A DNA stretch of 63,574 nt, filler included, from Octopus bimaculoides (GCF_001194135.2; 5 parts of 4 records of this genome joined end to end with filler, not necessarily neighbours in it); one strand, 5' to 3'. Counted from the whole stretch's first letter, positions 40,228 to 52,759 are shown. Numbers and translations are program-made. The notes: generated from the letters alone by a model not told the origin.

Positions 40228-41186
40228 GTGCAACGGCAGATTAAATTAGCGATGTAATAGGTCAAAAAGCTTTCAACGAAAGTGTGGCACAATTGTGGTT
40301 CAGACGATTCAAGGAACACCAGCCAAGAATGCAAACCAACCTCAAGGCGCCTTTTGTTGCGGAATATGAGGCCTTGCTTGCTTGATCAACAGCCAAATAC
40401 ATGCACTCATACATTCTCGGTACAACTTGAACCTTCACAAACCACCATCATTCAACATTTCCATAAGCTTGATCCTATGACCAGAAGCTGTCGAGAAGTT
40501 CGTCATGAACTGACCAATGAGCAAGCTCAATGACGGGAAGAAATTTGCAAACAGCTGTGGAAGGTCGTCGAAATATCTGATTTGAGATGAAAATTAAATT
40601 TATTTTCGTAATCCTAATAAAACATATCTGTGGTTCCGTTCCGGCCAGGATTCAGAGCCTGTTGTAAGACGTCTACGCTTAGAACAGAAGGACATGTCTG
40701 TTTGTTGGAATTTCAAGGTGCCGTTGGAGTTGGAGCTCGTTCTAGATGGTCGGGGTCTCAATGCTAACATTTATGCTTAACAACTACAGCGAGTATATTA
40801 TGCTTACAAAGCCTGCTACTACTTATTGTTCAATCGAAGACGCGCGCTCCTACCCTATGACAATATAACATCACAAACTTCTAATATAACGAAGCACATA
40901 TTTGCAGGACATGATGATCCAGAATTGACTATTCATCCGGCCTGCTGTCTAGCTATTATACTATCAGATTAACATATTTCTTGAAGGGACGGTGGTTCAT
41001 CGATATTGGTGAAAACAGATGCAGGGGGATTTTTTTACCTCGAAAGCAGACAAATAGTGTAAGCGTGGCGACAGGAAGTAGACTATGATGGGATAGATTT
41101 TGATGAATAAATGCTTTTCACATGAAAGCTGTTTGAATTAGTTATTAAAGTTTGAAATAGGAAAAAGATCTTTTGATTCAACCTAG
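40228..41186 (+). mobile_element. Highly decayed mariner remnant
   Basis: Pieces such as LLDQQP...TIIQHFHKL...VRHELTNEQAQ (WVPHEL-like), NANIYA*QLQRV, and a degenerate DNxxxH...HP region. A mariner-like end TTTGATTCAACCTAGTA lies near 41170-41186. Confidence 0.65.
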
Positions 41187-41650
41187 TATTATTATGGAAA
41201 AAATGGAAATTTTTATTGATATCTTTTTGCCGATCATAGTATTAAGTAAAATGAATTATGATCAATTGTTAAACTATTGTTATCGTGTCACCGAACAAAT
41301 ATGTTATGCAACACAGAAAATTAAATTAGAATTGTGGCTACGTATATTCTAGGTCCCATATGATTGTACAGATAGAATACTGGAAAATTAATTAAAGGAT
41401 GAACGGTGAAGCATGTTGTAGCAAACATTGAGCTGAAATGTTGACCACGGTCGCCATACGTCGAATGACAAAGATATGAAATATGGCTATCGATCTCAAT
41501 ACAGTTTTAAACAATAAACAGATACAAATCAACTTCAAGCGTTTTTTTCATGTGGCAGTAAATGGGTTGTGAAAGGCATATAAAATCCTCCTTATTATCT
41601 TTACACTATCAAATATAGTTTGTGGTATCTCGAGAAATGAGAAACAACAA

Positions 41651-41652
41651 CA

Positions 41653-41702
<50 letters not shown>

Positions 41703-41711
41703 CACTACTAC

Positions 41712-41753
<42 letters not shown>

Positions 41754-41762
41754 CAGTAGTTG
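41651..41762. repeat. Foldback microsatellite (CTA)n-(TAG)n
   Basis: A CTA run switches to a TAG run at CTAG (41711-41714); the outer CAAC...GTTG ends are also complementary. Confidence 0.9.
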
Positions 41763-41828
41763 TAGTACGACTACTACGACTAGGACGACGATAACACGCA
41801 TATTCATACGCACATACATATACAAATA

Positions 41829-42750
41829 CCGTAAATCCTCGAGTATAATCCGCGTTTTTCCCCAAAATTTAAAGGTCAAAATCCCTAGTGCGTGCTATAT
41901 ACGAGGTTAAAAATGAAAAATATTTTCTAAGCAATGTCCAAGTCTCTATTTGCTGCCCGGCAATGTTTATTCAGACGCATTCTGTGATGTCAGGCGCGAA
42001 AATACCTTAAGCTAAGCCTGAAATCAATGAAGTCATAAGAGAGTCATCCATAACTTGCAGTGAGCAACATTTATTAAAATAAAAGTATTCAGAACACAGA
42101 ATAACATGTAACAAAAACAATTTTCAAGCATATTTACATTCCCATATAACAGTTAAGAACATCAGCATTATTGTATAACGCATGTGCGGAAGTGTTTGTT
42201 TACGGAGGAACAAATGAAACAAATATNNNNNNNNNNNNNNNNNNNNNNNNNNNNNNNNNNNNNNNNNNNNNNNNNNNNNNNNNNNNNNNNNNNNNNNNNN
42301 NNNNNNNNNNNNNNNNNNNNNNNNNNNNNNNNNNNNNNNNNNNNNNNNNNNNNNNNNNNNNNNNNNNNNNNNNNNNNNNNNNNNNNNNNNNNNNNNNNNN
42401 NNNNNNNNNNNNNNNNNNNNNNNNNNNNNNNNNNNNNNNNNNNNNNNNNNNNNNNNNNNNNNNNNNNNNNNNNNNNNNNNNNNNNNNNNNNNNNNNNNNN
42501 NNNNNNNNNNNNNNNNNNNNNNNNNNNNNNNNNNNNNNNNNNNNNNNNNNNNNNNNNNNNNNNNNNNNNNNNNNNNNNNNNNNNNNNNNNNNNNNNNNNN
42601 NNNNNNNNNNNNNNNNNNNGTAGACTTTCTTGATTGAAGTTAGAGAAGGGGTGCGTATTATACACAAGGTTTAGGTTTTTCAGAGGTACAGCCCCCTAAA
42701 AATCCTCTGCGTATTATACTCAAGGGCAGACTATACTCGATGACTTACGG
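41829..42750 (+). mobile_element. Pogo/Tigger-like non-autonomous element, copy 1 (contains gap)
   Basis: TA-flanked ends CCGTAAATCCTCGAGTATAATC...GACTATACTCGATGACTTACGG. Homologous to 46791-48129 in opposite orientation; retains TEEQMKQ from the transposase tail. Confidence 0.85.
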
Positions 42751-44063
42751 TATATACATAAAATAAAATACACGCAAACATGTACGTATATACACATATT
42801 TGTGTGTGCGCACGCGTGCGTGTGTCTTTGTATGTGAGTGTGTGTCTTGTGTGTGCAAAATATTACGAATGTACTTACATGGGAACATGACTTCTTCATA
42901 TATACGTAAACGCACACACACATACATAGATATATACGTCGATATATAAATATATTTATCATTCTTTAACAAGAATAATATTGACAGTGACATCGACGTT
43001 TCACCCAGCTAAGCCACTGTCTGAGTGTGGCACATTTGATTTCGTTTTAACTTTGCATAGTCACTCTTATATAAAGTCACGCTTAGCTTAATATTGTGGA
43101 GTACGTGAAACTCAGTTGAATGGTACTTTGGTTTTAATGTAGATTGTAATGGACAGGCGTTATGGAAAACTTTTATTTGATTAAATTTGTATTCGTGTTA
43201 TTGCTCAGAATTTATTTATGCATGTAGAAGTTTTAATCTGGTGTGTTTATTTAACTGTGTCATCTTCAGGTCATAGAAGTGTTTCTCTCGATTTCTCAAA
43301 GAGACATGGATAGGTGAAAATTGAAAGCAGCAGAAAGAATGTGTGGGAAGTTGATTTGTAGGAGGTGGTGAAGGTGGAGGAGGAAAGGTTTGTAATTGGA
43401 CATGATTGAAAAACGAGAAGACAAGAGAAAGAAAGAAGAAAAAGAATGAAAAGGGGGAGAGAGAAAGGCAAATTCAAAAGGTGTGGGGATAAAGATGCGA
43501 AAGGTGTGAGGAGAAAAATATGGAAGAGGTGGAAAGAGAAGAAAAAATAAAAACAAGGAGAGAAAGAAGGAAGAAGAAACAAAGAGAAGGGGGAAGAAAG
43601 GGAGAAGAGAAGACAAAAGAGAAAAAGAAATGGAGAGTGAGAGAGGGAAGGTAAGAAGTGTGGATTGAGAGAAACAACTATAGGAAAAAGCACAAAGTAC
43701 AAAAAAGTGTAGAAATTTTCAAAAGGTTAAAACTTCGTGGCATATAAGAGCGATTTCTCATCAACGAAAGTGTCCAGTATAATCCATCGGTAGGAGAGGT
43801 GCAGACGAAGTGTAGGAGTCCGAAAGTAGGAGGGTAGTAAGTCCAGTTAGGGAATCCAGGTAGAATAGTCCAAGAAGAATTCGAAGTGTTATGAGGCGGA
43901 AACAGGATAAAACTGGTACGACCACGTGGACGTGTAATATATATATATAGTGAGAATTTACAAAAAAGAAAAAAAGACGAAGACGGGTGTGTAAACAACA
44001 AACAGATGTACGAGTTTAACGCTCGGGAAGTGAGAAAATCTCTTATGTTTCGAACACATATAT

Positions 44064-44109
<46 letters not shown>

Positions 44110-44209
44110 NNNNNNNNNNNNNNNNNNNNNNNNNNNNNNNNNNNNNNNNNNNNTTAATTAATTAANNNNNNNNNNNNNNNNNNNNNNNNNNNNNNNNNNN
44201 NNNNNNNNN

Positions 44210-44580
44210 GCTTCTTATGTTCAACTTTTCTCTCAAGATACTTATACTCTGTCGGGTATGCACACTGACATTACTCATTCATCGGAGCATACTGGCTTCA
44301 TTCCTTGCAAGCTTACGCATGTCCTCAGCAGTCACAGCCCATGTTTCACTGCCATGTAGCATGGCTATTCGTACACATGCATCATACAGTCTGTCTTTTA
44401 CTCTGAGTGAGAGTCCCTTTGTCGCCAGCAGAGGTAAGAGCTCTCTGAACTTTGCCCAGGCTATTCTTATTCTAGCAGCTACACTTTCAGCGCACCCATC
44501 CCCACTACTAACTTGGTCACCCAGATAGCGGAAGCTATCAACTACCTCAAGTCTTGGTCACCCAGATAGTGGAAGCTACC
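44210..44580 (-). mobile_element. RTE LINE fragment
   Basis: The minus strand encodes GLSLRVKDRLYDACVRIAMLHGSETWAVTAEDMRKLARNEASMLR. Confidence 0.8.
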
Positions 44581-44624
44581 ACCATATATATATGTACACA
44601 TACATACATAGATACATTGATACA

Positions 44625-46720
44625 TATAGGGAGAATTCACAAAAAAACAAAAGACGAAGACAGGTGGTGTAGACAACAAACAGATGTATTAGTTTAACAC
44701 TCGGGAAGAGAAAAAGTCTTTAACATTTCGAGCCTATGCTCTTCCACAGAAAGGAACACAGAAAGAAACAAGAGAAAATAAAGAACGTGTAGTGGCTAGC
44801 GATCTATCATGGCGAATGCCGGAGGGGTCACACAGAAGAGCTAGGAAGAAGGGGAGATAATAAAATAGTGGTGATCCCAAAGCGAAGGTGTGCATGCGTG
44901 TGTATAAAATAGTATGTATGTGTGTGGAAGAGAGCTGGTGACCTTGATGTGGGGCTAGGAAGTGGTGCGATGTGGTGTTGTTTGGTATGGTGGTGTATGG
45001 TGTAGTAGTGTGTGGTGTGAATGTTGGGAGGTGGGAGAGGCGAGAGTGGGGAAAGCAAGGGTAGGGTGTGGGTTAGAGGTGGGGTATGTAGGAGTGGGTG
45101 GGATGGGAAGCATAGGGAAGGTGAGGTTGGATTGTGTAGGGGTGGGGTGGGGTGACGACGAAAGGGGGAAGGTGGGTAGGAGTAGAGAGGAGAGTANNNN
45201 NNNNNNNNNNNNNNNNNNNNNNNNNNNNNNNNNNNNNNNNNNNNNNNNNNNNNNNNNNNNNNNNNNNNNNNNNNNNNNNNNNNNNNNNNNNNNNNNNNNN
45301 NNNNNNNNNNNNNNNNNNNNNNNNNNNNNNNNNNNNNNNNNNNNNNNNNNNNNNNNNNNNNNNNNNNNNNNNNNNNNNNNNNNNNNNNNNNNNNNNNNNN
45401 NNNNNNNNNNNNNNNNNNNNNNNNNNNNNNNNNNNNNNNNNNNNNNNNNNNNNNNNNNNNNNNNNNNNNNNNNNNNNNNNNNNNNNNNNNNNNNNNNNNN
45501 NNNNNNNNNNCATTGCCGAGTCGGGTGTCTTGGAGGTGTTCCGTAAACCGGTCAGACAAACGGAGTCCCGTTTGTCCAATGTATAGAGAAGGGCAGAGAG
45601 AGCAGGAGATGCAGTAGATGACATTGGTAGAAGTGCAGGTGAAGGAGTCGGTGATGTGATAGGATCGATGATGGGTAATGGTGAGGAGGGTGGTGTTGGA
45701 GAGGTACAGGCAAGTGCGGCAGAGTGGGCGGGAGCAGGGGAATGAGTCAGGTTGGGAGCTTGGGTTAAGGAAGAAGCTGCGGACCAGGAGGTCTTGTAGG
45801 TTCTGGGCTCATTTGAAGGAGGGGAGGGGGTCGATTAGGGAAGGTGTGCAAAGTGGAGAGGTTGAACTGGAGTCACCGGAAGGCTCAGAGAATGGTGCGT
45901 TGGAGAGGTAGGGTGGTAGGTGAGGTGAAATGGGAGACAGGAGATGGCTGGGAAGGTGTGGGAGTGAGAGCAAATGCATGATCCACGGAACGTGCTCTGG
46001 CAAGGGTGGTGTCGATAGAGGTGAGGGGATATCCACGTAGGATGAAGTGGTGAGCCATGAGTTGAGATTGAGTCTCAAAGTCATGGTCGTCACTACAGAG
46101 TTTGTGTAAACGGAGGAATTGGGAATAGGGGATGGAAAGCTTGGTGTGTTTAGGGTGGGAGGAGGAGAAGTTGAGGTGTGAGTGTGTGTTTGTAGTGGAT
46201 GGAGGTGGTGAGAGTGGAGTGATGAATGCTGACCGAAATGTCAAGAAAGGTGAGTGAGGTGTCAGAAATAGTACAGGAGAAGTGGAGGGCAGGATGGAAA
46301 GATTGGGGAGGAAGTATATTGTAGGAGTGTGTGGGGTGCAGACAATAAGGTTAGAGGCGGTGGAGGGGAGACGGGAGGAGGAGATGAGGTCATGGATAGT
46401 GGAGGACACAGTCTGTTGGTAGCTGGTCATGGAAGGCAGAGGGCAGTAGAAGGTGTCATGAAGTTGGCGGAGAGCTTCCGCCTTGTAGAGGTCTGCGTGC
46501 CACACCACCATAGCTCCACCTTTGTCAGCCAGTTTTATGATGATGTCTGTGTGGCGTCAAAGACATCGAAGGGCCAAGAGTTCAGCAGGGGAGATGTTCA
46601 GATGTCGGGGACGCTTGGGAAAGTCAAACCGGTCCACAGCACGCTGGCAGGCGCCTGCAAAAAGATCGACTGCTTGGAACTGGCCAGGAGCTGGCGTCCA
46701 CTAGTTCACTGGGATGTGTG
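44625..46720 (-). mobile_element. Penelope-like retroelement (Neptune-type, GIY-YIG), RT core deleted, contains gap
   Basis: IIIKLADKGGAMVVW..LYKAEALRQL, HPKHTKLSIPYSQFLRLHKLCS, CRTC...NVIYCISCSLCPSLYIGQTG.RLSDRFTEH, C-rich 3' region and a characteristic terminal segment. Confidence 0.9.
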
Positions 46721-46732
46721 TATATATATATA

Positions 46733-46767
<35 letters not shown>

Positions 46768-46790
46768 GTATATGTATGCATATGTATATA

Positions 46791-48129
46791 CTGTAAATCT
46801 TTAAGTATAGTCCGCCCTTGAGTATAATACGTAGGGGATTTTTAAGGGGCTGTACCTCTGAAAAAACCTAAACGTTTTGTATAATACGCACCCCTTTTCT
46901 AACTTCAGTCAAGGAGGTCTATATAACGTCCTTGGTTTGTAAACATATATATAGTACCATCCTTTATTATTATTGTATATATAACATAATGCAAACATGT
47001 AGCTTTTTATGCACTTTGTTTGCAGAAAATAAAGAAATAACAGTAATAACGTCAGTGAAAAATAAATATTAAGTAAATTGCCTTTACATATTTATCACTA
47101 TCAGTTACAAAAGCAAAATCAAAAACATTTATTCAAATCCTTCCAATTCAACATCACTTTCAGCATCAAATAACTGTTCCATTTGTTCCTCCGTAAACAT
47201 GTCAGCATCATTGTAGTGTAAATCTCCATCATCATCAGATTCATAGTGAACATCAGAAGATTCACTTTCATTTATTTCATCTTTCCATACAACGTCATCC
47301 TGAGTACCATCCAGTGCAGACGATATACAACATTTGATAAAACTTTCCACAATAATCTGGGGGTCAAGTTCATTCCATGCATACATAATCCATTTGCATA
47401 TCAAAGTCAGGTTGTCAACATCAAATTTTCTTACGGCAGCCCTATTACCATGCTCTTCAGCATATGATATAACTTCAAATGTAAACATAGCTGAATAAGA
47501 TCTACGATGCATTTTATGGGCATGTAATGTATAAAATGTTTTATTGGAGATTAATGTACAGGTTTAAGTCCCGCTTATAAAAAAACCCTAGTAAAGACCC
47601 ATAGTAGTTCAAATATTTAATACTGGTATTTAATTAAGTATCTATTGTTTGCCACGGCAACGATGCAAACTGCCAATACAAACAGCAAGATGAACTATTT
47701 AGCGCTAAACTATTAAGCACAATTTGTGCGTAATTAAGCAGGCAGCACCTAGTCGAACAAACACTTCAACGCATGCATAATACAATAATGGTGATGTTCT
47801 TAACTGTTATATAGGAATGTAAATATATTTGCAAATTGTTTTTTATTATATGTCATTCTGTGTTCTGAATACTTTTATTTTAATAAATGTTGCTTACTGC
47901 AAGTTATGGATGAGTCTTTTATGACTTCATTGCTTTCAGGCTTAGCTTAAGGTATTTTCGCGCCCGACATCACAAAATGCGTCTGAATAAACATTGCTGG
48001 ACAGCAAATAGAGACTCGGACATTGCTTAGAATATGTTTTTCATTTTTAACTTCGTATATAGTATGCACTAGGGATTTTGACCTTTAAATTTTGGGGAAA
48101 AAATGCGGATTATACTCGAAGATTTACAG
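46791..48129 (-). mobile_element. Pogo/Tigger-like (POGK-like) deletion derivative, copy 2
   Basis: TA at 46789-90 and 48130-31, with TIRs CTGTAAATC.. / ..GATTTACAG. Carries the ORF at 47129-47512. Confidence 0.88.
47129..47512 (-). CDS. Transposon-derived 127-aa ORF: partial Brinker-type DNA-binding domain fused to pogo transposase C-terminal/acidic tail
   Basis: The N-terminus RRSYSAMFTFEVISYAEEHGNRAAVRKFDVD resembles BrkDBD. It is joined in frame to ICKWIMYAWNELDPQIIVESFIKCCISSALDGTQDDVVW (end of the pogo DDE_1 region) and an acidic tail. Expression is unknown. Confidence 0.5.
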   Translation of the reverse strand: MHRRSYSAMFTFEVISYAEEHGNRAAVRKFDVDNLTLICKWIMYAWNELDPQIIVESFIKCCISSALDGTQDDVVWKDEINESESSDVHYESDDDGDLHYNDADMFTEEQMEQLFDAESDVELEGFE

Positions 48130-48489
48130 TATATATATATGTATGTTTGTATATGTATATATATTGAAAAAAAAGTCATCAGAATTTTGGAAAAAGTCCT
48201 TTTATTTCTTCATTATTATTAGCACTTTTGTTTCTTTCTAGAACTTGTCAAATAAAATTTTCTGAATGTTCAGCTTTGTTCATTTATATAAAACAGATGT
48301 TTTGGGGGTGGTTTGTTTATAAGAGAGTATTGTTATTTTTATTTTTGGGTGGTTCTATGACAATGGAGGTGGATAGAAAGAAATATATGTAAGTAGGTAG
48401 ATAGGCTCAAAGATAGATAGATAGACAGATATGTAGAGGGGAAGAGAGAGAAAGGAGGGGTATCCACCTTCCTATTCACCATTTATTTA

Positions 48490-49500
48490 TTTATCTAGTC
48501 CTTTACTCACCCTAAACACACCAAGCACTCCATCCCCTATCCTCAATTCCTCCGTTTACGCAGGCTCTGCAGTGACAACCATGACTTTGAGACTCAGTTT
48601 CAACTCATGGCTCGTCACTTCATCCTACATGGATATCCCTTCACCACTATCCACACCGCCCTTGTCAGAGCACATTTTGTGGACCATGCATCTGCTCTCT
48701 CCCTCCGCACCCACCCGTTTCCCCTCACCTAACACTCCACCACCCTACCTCTCCAACGCATCATTCTCCGAACCATCAGACAACTCCAGTCCGACCCCTC
48801 CCCTCCTTCAAACAAGCCCACAACCTATGAGACCTCTTGGTCCACAGCTTCTTCCCTAACCCAACCTCCCAACCCAGCTCATTCCCCTGCTCCTGCCCAT
48901 GCTGCTGCACTTGTCCTTACATCTCCAACACCACCCTCCTCACAGGCACCCATCATTAATCCTATCATATCACTGACTCCTTCACCTGCACTTCTAGCAA
49001 CGTCATCTACTGCTTTCTCTGCCCTTCTCTATACATCGGTCAAACAGAACACTGCTTGGCTGACCGGTTCGCGGAACACCTCTGAGACATCAAACTTGCC
49101 ATTTCTGCTCTACTGGTCACTCTTTACAACACCTGTCTGTGTTTGGATTGTCCTTGCACAGGGGCTGTCCGGACTCCTGTCTTCACCATGAGCAGGGATT
49201 AATTTTCTCTTTGCCCCTTTGCGCCACATGGGCTCAACTCAACTCCTATCTCCCTCTGACACCTACTTCTACTCTTCACTCCTACCCACCTCTCTTCCAT
49301 CCTCTCCCTCGTTACCCCACCCCTACACATTCCAACCCCACCATCCCTATACATCCCATCCCTTAGACCCCACCATTGCTTCCCCCACACCCAAACTCAC
49401 ACCACCTTGCACACACTAGCACTGACCAATTTCCAACACCTACACCATCATCCACACATGCACACGTCAATGTCACCAGCCCCCTTCCACACGCACATAC
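48490..49500 (+). mobile_element. Penelope-like retroelement, 5'-truncated second copy
   Basis: Homologous to 44850-46170 in inverted orientation (HPKHTKHSIPYPQFLRLRRLCSDNHDFETQ; NVIYCF....SLYIGQT). Confidence 0.88.
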
Positions 49501-50050
49501 ACGCTCTCACATACACNNNNNNNNNNNNNNNNNNNNNNNNNNNNNNNNNNNNNNNNNNNNNNNNNNNNNNNNNNNNNNNNNNNNNNNNNNNNNNNNNNNN
49601 NNNNNNNNNNNNNNNNNNNNNNNNNNNNNNNNNNNNNNNNNNNNNNNNNNNNNNNNNNNNNNNNNNNNNNNNNNNNNNNNNNNNNNNNNNNNNNNNNNNN
49701 NNNNNNNNNNNNNNNNNNNNNNNNNNNNNNNNNNNNNNNNNNNNNNNNNNNNNNNNNNNNNNNNNNNNNNNNNNNNNNNNNNNNNNNNNNNNNNNNNNNN
49801 NNNNNNNNNNNNNNNNNNNNNNNNNNNNNNNNNNNNNNNNNNNNNNNNNNNNNNNNNNNNNNNNNNNNNNNNNNNNNNNNNNNNNNNNNNNNNNNNNNNN
49901 NNNNNNNNNNNNNNNNNNNNNNNNNNNNNNNNNNNNNNNNNNNNNNNNNNNNNNNNNNNNNNNNNNNNNNNNNNNNNNNNNNNNNNNNNNNNNNNNNNNN
50001 NNNNNNNNNNNNNNNNNNNNNNNNNNNNNNNNNNNNNNNNNNNNNNNNNN

Positions 50051-50079
<29 letters not shown>

Positions 50080-50083
<4 letters not shown>

Positions 50084-50235
50084 GAGAATGTACGAAAAAA
50101 ACAACAACAGACGAGGACAGGTGGTGTAAACAACAAAAGGATGTATTAGTATGACGCTCGGGAATACGGAAGGTCTTTAACGTTTCGAGCTACGCTCTTC
50201 AACAGAAAGAATACGGAGACAAGGAGAAAAACACG
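50080..50235 (-). mobile_element. Penelope terminal segment
   Basis: Same GGGAGAAT...TTTAACGTTTCGAGC segment as 44625-44780, preceded by (TA)n. Confidence 0.7.
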
Positions 50236-50850
50236 GAGAAAAAAAATTGAATAGTGTTCAGTCAACGGTCAATCATAATATATATATATATTTTGAAGAT
50301 AAGCAACAAAAATTCAATATGTTATAGCAGTACATACGTTTCGTACAAGCTCCATTTATTCATGTAGTGCGAACACCACAATGAAAATGTACTCCTCAGC
50401 TGCATAATGGAATTTCATTTTAGAAAGTCATTTTGAAGATGTTTGCAAAAAACAAGAGTAAGAGAAGAAAACATACCATCTCGACTATGCTGCTGTTTCA
50501 CAGACAAGTGAATCAAACAAGAATTTAAAATCTAATTGGAAGGATAGTAGTAATTTCAAATTTAGAGGAAGGTAGGTTAAGTAGTGGTAGACAGCAGGTT
50601 AGGGGTAAATCAAGCATGAGGGAAGAAAAAAAAAAAAAAGGAAATGGAAGGACAATACCCTGAGGAGTGGTAAGAATTTGGAAAAAGTTAAGGTAAGGGA
50701 ATTAAGGTCAAGGTATTAAAGAAATATATCTATTCTACAGTATAAATAGAATAATACAATGAAAAACTAAATTACTAATCTCAAAAAGGTGGAAACAAGC
50801 AATAATAAATCTCTGAGAAAGGTATAAACAGTAGCAGTACAATATTGTGA

Positions 50851-50947
50851 AGTATATTTGCCACCTAAATGTGGCTAACCCTTAAGGGTACAAGCTACAG
50901 TAGAACCAACTCTTAAGGGTTAGCCACATTTAGGTGGCAAATATACT
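50851..50947. repeat. Perfect 36-bp inverted repeat with 25-nt spacer
   Basis: AGTATATTTGCCACCTAAATGTGGCTAACCCTTAAG and its exact reverse complement at 50912-50947. Confidence 0.9.
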
Positions 50948-51003
50948 ACACACACATATATATATACATACACACATATATACATACATACACATATGTA
51001 CAT

Positions 51004-51050
<47 letters not shown>

Positions 51051-52396
51051 CATACATGCTCTCATGCAATCAGCACAGTAAAGTTTTCTGGCCTCTTGTT
51101 GAAATTATCATCAAGAAGTGTGTGCACATTCCAACAGCCAAAATTCTAGGGGTGTTTATTTTTACTTTTTCTTGAAGATTGTTTGAGCACAGTGGCAGGA
51201 TGACGAGTGGGCCCAGTCTGTGAGACACTGGGATACTTGCCGAGCCAGACCTGTTCCCCTGACGTTCCCAAGCCTTTTTTGTTATTTACTGAATCTGTTT
51301 GAGACATTTTAGAGTCAGTTACAAGTGCATTTTTAGGTTTCTGCCAACCAACCAATTCAATGATTTTACTGAGATTTGGTGTACAGGAAGTACCTGTGCA
51401 GATGAATAATTTTCAGTGGGTGTAGCTTGCACTGCACTACCCCCACCTATTGGCTCAAGAAGACTTTTACTAGTGTGACATGAAAACTGACAAAATCAGG
51501 AACTTCCAAGGCCTCAGGTTTTATTTCAAAGATTTCCTTCTCCTAGGTAGATTACCAACCAAGGTTAAAGAGCTTCTACCTGCCCATGAAGTAAGCTATC
51601 CCACTCCAGACACCACTCAAACACTCTATAAAGTGATCAACTATCACTCTGGTGACCGATGTGGAGTAGCTCATTCATACATAAAAAAAAAGAAAAGTAT
51701 GATATGTGATTTGCAAATGTAAATAAGAATTATATATAAATATAAAAAAGTAAATGACATACAATAAATATAAATATGTATATAAAAGTAAAAATATACG
51801 TATATATATATACATATAAAAATAATAATATATATATGTCAGGTCACTCTTGAGTGCTTCTGATAACATGTAATCCAGTACAACCTGTCACATGGTCGGG
51901 TTGTCAGCAACTAAACTGGCAATCCCACCAGGCTTGCTTGGTGAGGAGGGTGTTGTTGGACACCCTGTGGGTTGAAAAATAAGACCCGTCAATGGGCGGA
52001 GGAACTCTTGAACAGTCAATTTCTTTATTTACCATATAAGGTTAAGAAAAAGAGGAGACGATACGAGGACAGACAAAACAAACATTGGGTTCAGGGGATC
52101 AAATGGGATAAAATATATGTATAAACAATTTTAAATATATACGATAAAATGCAAATCATCATCATCATCATCATCATCATCGTTTAACGTCCGCTTTCCA
52201 TGCTAGCATGGGTTGGACGATTTGACTGAGGACTGGTGAAACCGGATGGCAACACCAGGCTCCAGTCCGATTTGGCAGAGTTTCTACAGCTGGATGCCCT
52301 TCCTAACGCCAACCACTCAGAGAGTGTAGTGGGTGCTTTTACGTGTCACCCGCACGAAAACGGCCACGCTCGAAATGGTGTCTTTTATGTGCCACC

Positions 52397-52496
52397 NNNN
52401 NNNNNNNNNNNNNNNNNNNNNNNNNNNNNNNNNNNNNNNNTTAATTAATTAANNNNNNNNNNNNNNNNNNNNNNNNNNNNNNNNNNNNNNNNNNNN
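52397..52496. other. Unsized assembly gap (44 N + TTAATTAATTAA + 44 N); the same format occurs at 20635-20734, 31003-31102 and 44110-44209
   Basis: Identical 100-base layout four times; the linker has stop codons in all six frames. Confidence 0.95.
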
Positions 52497-52532
52497 AGAC
52501 AGAGGCATGGCGGGAGAAAAGATCATCATCAT

Positions 52533-52572
<40 letters not shown>

Positions 52573-52759
52573 AGAGAGAGAGAGGGGGGACCAGTCAAGC
52601 AGCACATCACGCTGTAATTCTTGGGCTGAGAAATCAACACTTAAAAGCCATAATTTTAAGGAGCGATAAGAATTTTTGAATAAAGGAAAATGGGTAGGGG
52701 TGGGTAGGTACCGTCAGCGAGTAGATAGGGCTCTTAATTGTAGATTTTAAATATTTGGA

